From: Candidatus Krumholzibacteriota bacterium
GTDB taxonomy: Bacteria; Krumholzibacteriota; Krumholzibacteriia; JAJRXK01
Assembly (NCBI GenBank): GCA_963764625.1
Contig: CAVXTH010000006.1
Location: 640,001 to 704,000, forward strand
DNA length: 64,000 bases
Direction of reading: 5' to 3'
Shown here: one piece after another, positions 62,462 to 64,000 of the stretch
Numbering within the stretch: the stretch's first letter is position 1
How the letters are laid out: every line of letters starts with the position of its first letter
Notes under the pieces: model-generated
Seen by the model: only the letters and a program-made list of their open reading frames with translations
Databases searched by the model: none
What the model was told of the DNA's origin: nothing
Program-made: the position numbers and the translations under genes

Positions 62462-63217
62462 ATGCAGCTCAGCACAGGGACGGCTCCTCAGATGAAGAAA
62501 GACGCGACAGCTTTGAATCTCGCAACGCTGGAAAAACAGTTGGAAGCGGCCGAGGCATTCAGTCTGCGCATCGGTAGACTGGAACAGTCGCAGCTCCAAT
62601 TGGGTGTGAAGCGCGCGATGGATCTTTTGATCTCCGCCGCGATCTTGGTGGTGGGTTCCCCGCTCTTTCTCTTGATCGCCCTCGCGGTGAAAGGCACTTC
62701 TCGCGGCCCCGTGTTCTTCCGCCAGACGCGCCTCGGTATGAATGGTATCCCGTTTACTTTCTATAAGTTCCGGACGATGCGTCACAATAACGATGAATCG
62801 CTTCATCGCAGCTTCGCCCAGAGCTTCATCAACGGAAGGATGGAGAGTCGCCAAGGAAGGCGGGTCTTCAAGATGATCAGCGATCCGCGGGTCACCCGGA
62901 TCGGCACTTTTCTCAGACAGAGCAGCCTCGATGAGCTGCCTCAGTTTTGGAACATTTTCAAGGGAGAGATGAGTCTCGTTGGGCCGCGCCCGCCCATCCA
63001 CTACGAGTTGGATCACTATCAGGATTGGCACAAGGATCGCTTGAAGGCCAAGCCGGGTCTTACCGGCCTCTGGCAGGTCAGTGGCCGTAGCCGGGTACCT
63101 TTCGACGAGATGGTAATGCTGGATCTGCACTACATCACGCACTGGAGCCTCGCGCTGGACCTACGGATCATCTTCAAGACGATTCCGGTGCTCCTGAAGG
63201 GAGATGGGGCCTACTGA
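62462..63217 (+). CDS. Initiating sugar transferase (phosphoglycosyl transferase), second copy
   Basis: KRAMDL, KFRTM, DPRVTRIG, SLDELPQFWNIFKGEMSLVGPRP, GLTGLWQVSGR; start uncertain (62462 or 62492). Confidence 0.92.
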   Translation: MQLSTGTAPQMKKDATALNLATLEKQLEAAEAFSLRIGRLEQSQLQLGVKRAMDLLISAAILVVGSPLFLLIALAVKGTSRGPVFFRQTRLGMNGIPFTFYKFRTMRHNNDESLHRSFAQSFINGRMESRQGRRVFKMISDPRVTRIGTFLRQSSLDELPQFWNIFKGEMSLVGPRPPIHYELDHYQDWHKDRLKAKPGLTGLWQVSGRSRVPFDEMVMLDLHYITHWSLALDLRIIFKTIPVLLKGDGAY

Positions 63218-63269
63218 GCGACCCCTAATTCCTAATGACAAAGGCCAGACCTTCAAGCGAGGACCACCA

Positions 63270-64000
63270 ATGAGCGCTCCCATTCGCGTTGGTGTGATCG
63301 GGGTTGGGTACTGGGGCCCAAACCTGGTTCGAAATTTTGCTTCTCTACCGAATACCCAGTGCGTCTGGGCGGTCGACCTGGACGAAGAGCGACTGAATCA
63401 CGTTCAGAGTCTGTACCCGTCCCTCGAAGTGAGCCGCAAGGCCTCCGACGCGATCGACGATCCCAAAGTGGATGCCATCGTGCTGGCTACGCCGGTGGAC
63501 AAGCACGAGGAGATCGCGGTCAGCGCGCTCGAACACGGAAAGCACGTCTTCGTGGAGAAGCCCATGGCGGCCACCGTGAACGAGTGTCATCGGATGATCG
63601 AGGCGGCGGAGCGGAACAAGAAAGTCCTGATGGTCGGCCACACCTTTCTCTACAACTCGGTGGTGAGACGCATTCGCCAACTGATCGAGGAGGGCGAGCT
63701 CGGCGAGATCTTCTACATCAACATGACGCGCGTGAATCTCGGGCTGTTTCGGGAAGATGTGAACGTCGTGTGGGACCTTGCCCCGCACGACATCTCCATC
63801 CTCGACTACCTGCTCGATTCGCACCCGATCAAAGTGCACGCGACGGGAAACGCCTTCGTGCAGCCTGGAATCGAAGACGTAGCGTTCGTCGATCTGGAAT
63901 ACCCGGGAAGCATCCGGGCCCATCTCCACGTGAGCTGGCTCGATCCCAACAAGATCCGCCGGGTTACGGTGGTGGGTAGCAAGAAGATGTTGGTGTACGA
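63270..64000 (+). CDS. Gfo/Idh/MocA-family oxidoreductase (partial, runs off the window; absent from the ORF track)
   Basis: ATG at 63270 after GAGG; MSAPIRVGVIGVGYWGPN, HVFVEKP, MVGHTFLY, WDLAPHDIS. Confidence 0.9.
   Translation, partial: MSAPIRVGVIGVGYWGPNLVRNFASLPNTQCVWAVDLDEERLNHVQSLYPSLEVSRKASDAIDDPKVDAIVLATPVDKHEEIAVSALEHGKHVFVEKPMAATVNECHRMIEAAERNKKVLMVGHTFLYNSVVRRIRQLIEEGELGEIFYINMTRVNLGLFREDVNVVWDLAPHDISILDYLLDSHPIKVHATGNAFVQPGIEDVAFVDLEYPGSIRAHLHVSWLDPNKIRRVTVVGSKKMLVY

Noticed and set aside
1-64000. CRISPR arrays, IS elements, integrases, rRNA or tRNA genes
   Set aside because: I saw no regularly spaced repeats, transposase/integrase motifs or RNA-gene signatures by eye.

Overview
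GC-rich bacterial DNA. The FlgD-Ig/T9SS-like 'PNPFNP' C-terminal domains suggest an FCB-superphylum-related lineage such as Krumholzibacteriota, Latescibacterota or Eisenbacteria; this is inference only. Almost the whole window is one large surface-glycan (EPS/capsule/glycoconjugate) region. It contains two initiating phosphoglycosyl transferases, Wza, a split Wzc whose kinase half is degenerate, an ExeA-SPOR ATPase, two Wzx flippases, a Wzy/WaaL-family protein, seven GT4s and one GT2. It also has two paralogous ~815-aa GT-C-like membrane proteins, two AsnB-like amidotransferases, acyltransferases, sugar-nucleotide enzymes and several secreted FlgD/FG-GAP proteins. The most notable sub-systems are: (1) a tightly coupled operon at 976-4748 that looks like a complete isoprenoid-alcohol salvage and prenylation pathway, with enzymes resembling plant FLDH, VTE5/FOLK, VTE6 and HPT/VTE2, plus AcpS; (2) a divergent MurB-MurA pair coupled to a flippase, GT-C and GT4, suggesting a lactyl-ether (muramic-acid-like) sugar in a non-peptidoglycan glycan; (3) a DltA-like/ACP/acyltransferase/deacetylase aminoacylation cassette; (4) a 1.9-kaa secreted multidomain protein with an unrecognised N-terminal catalytic-like region. 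I saw no rRNA, tRNA, CRISPR array or IS element. All family assignments come from motif recognition by eye; no database search was run.
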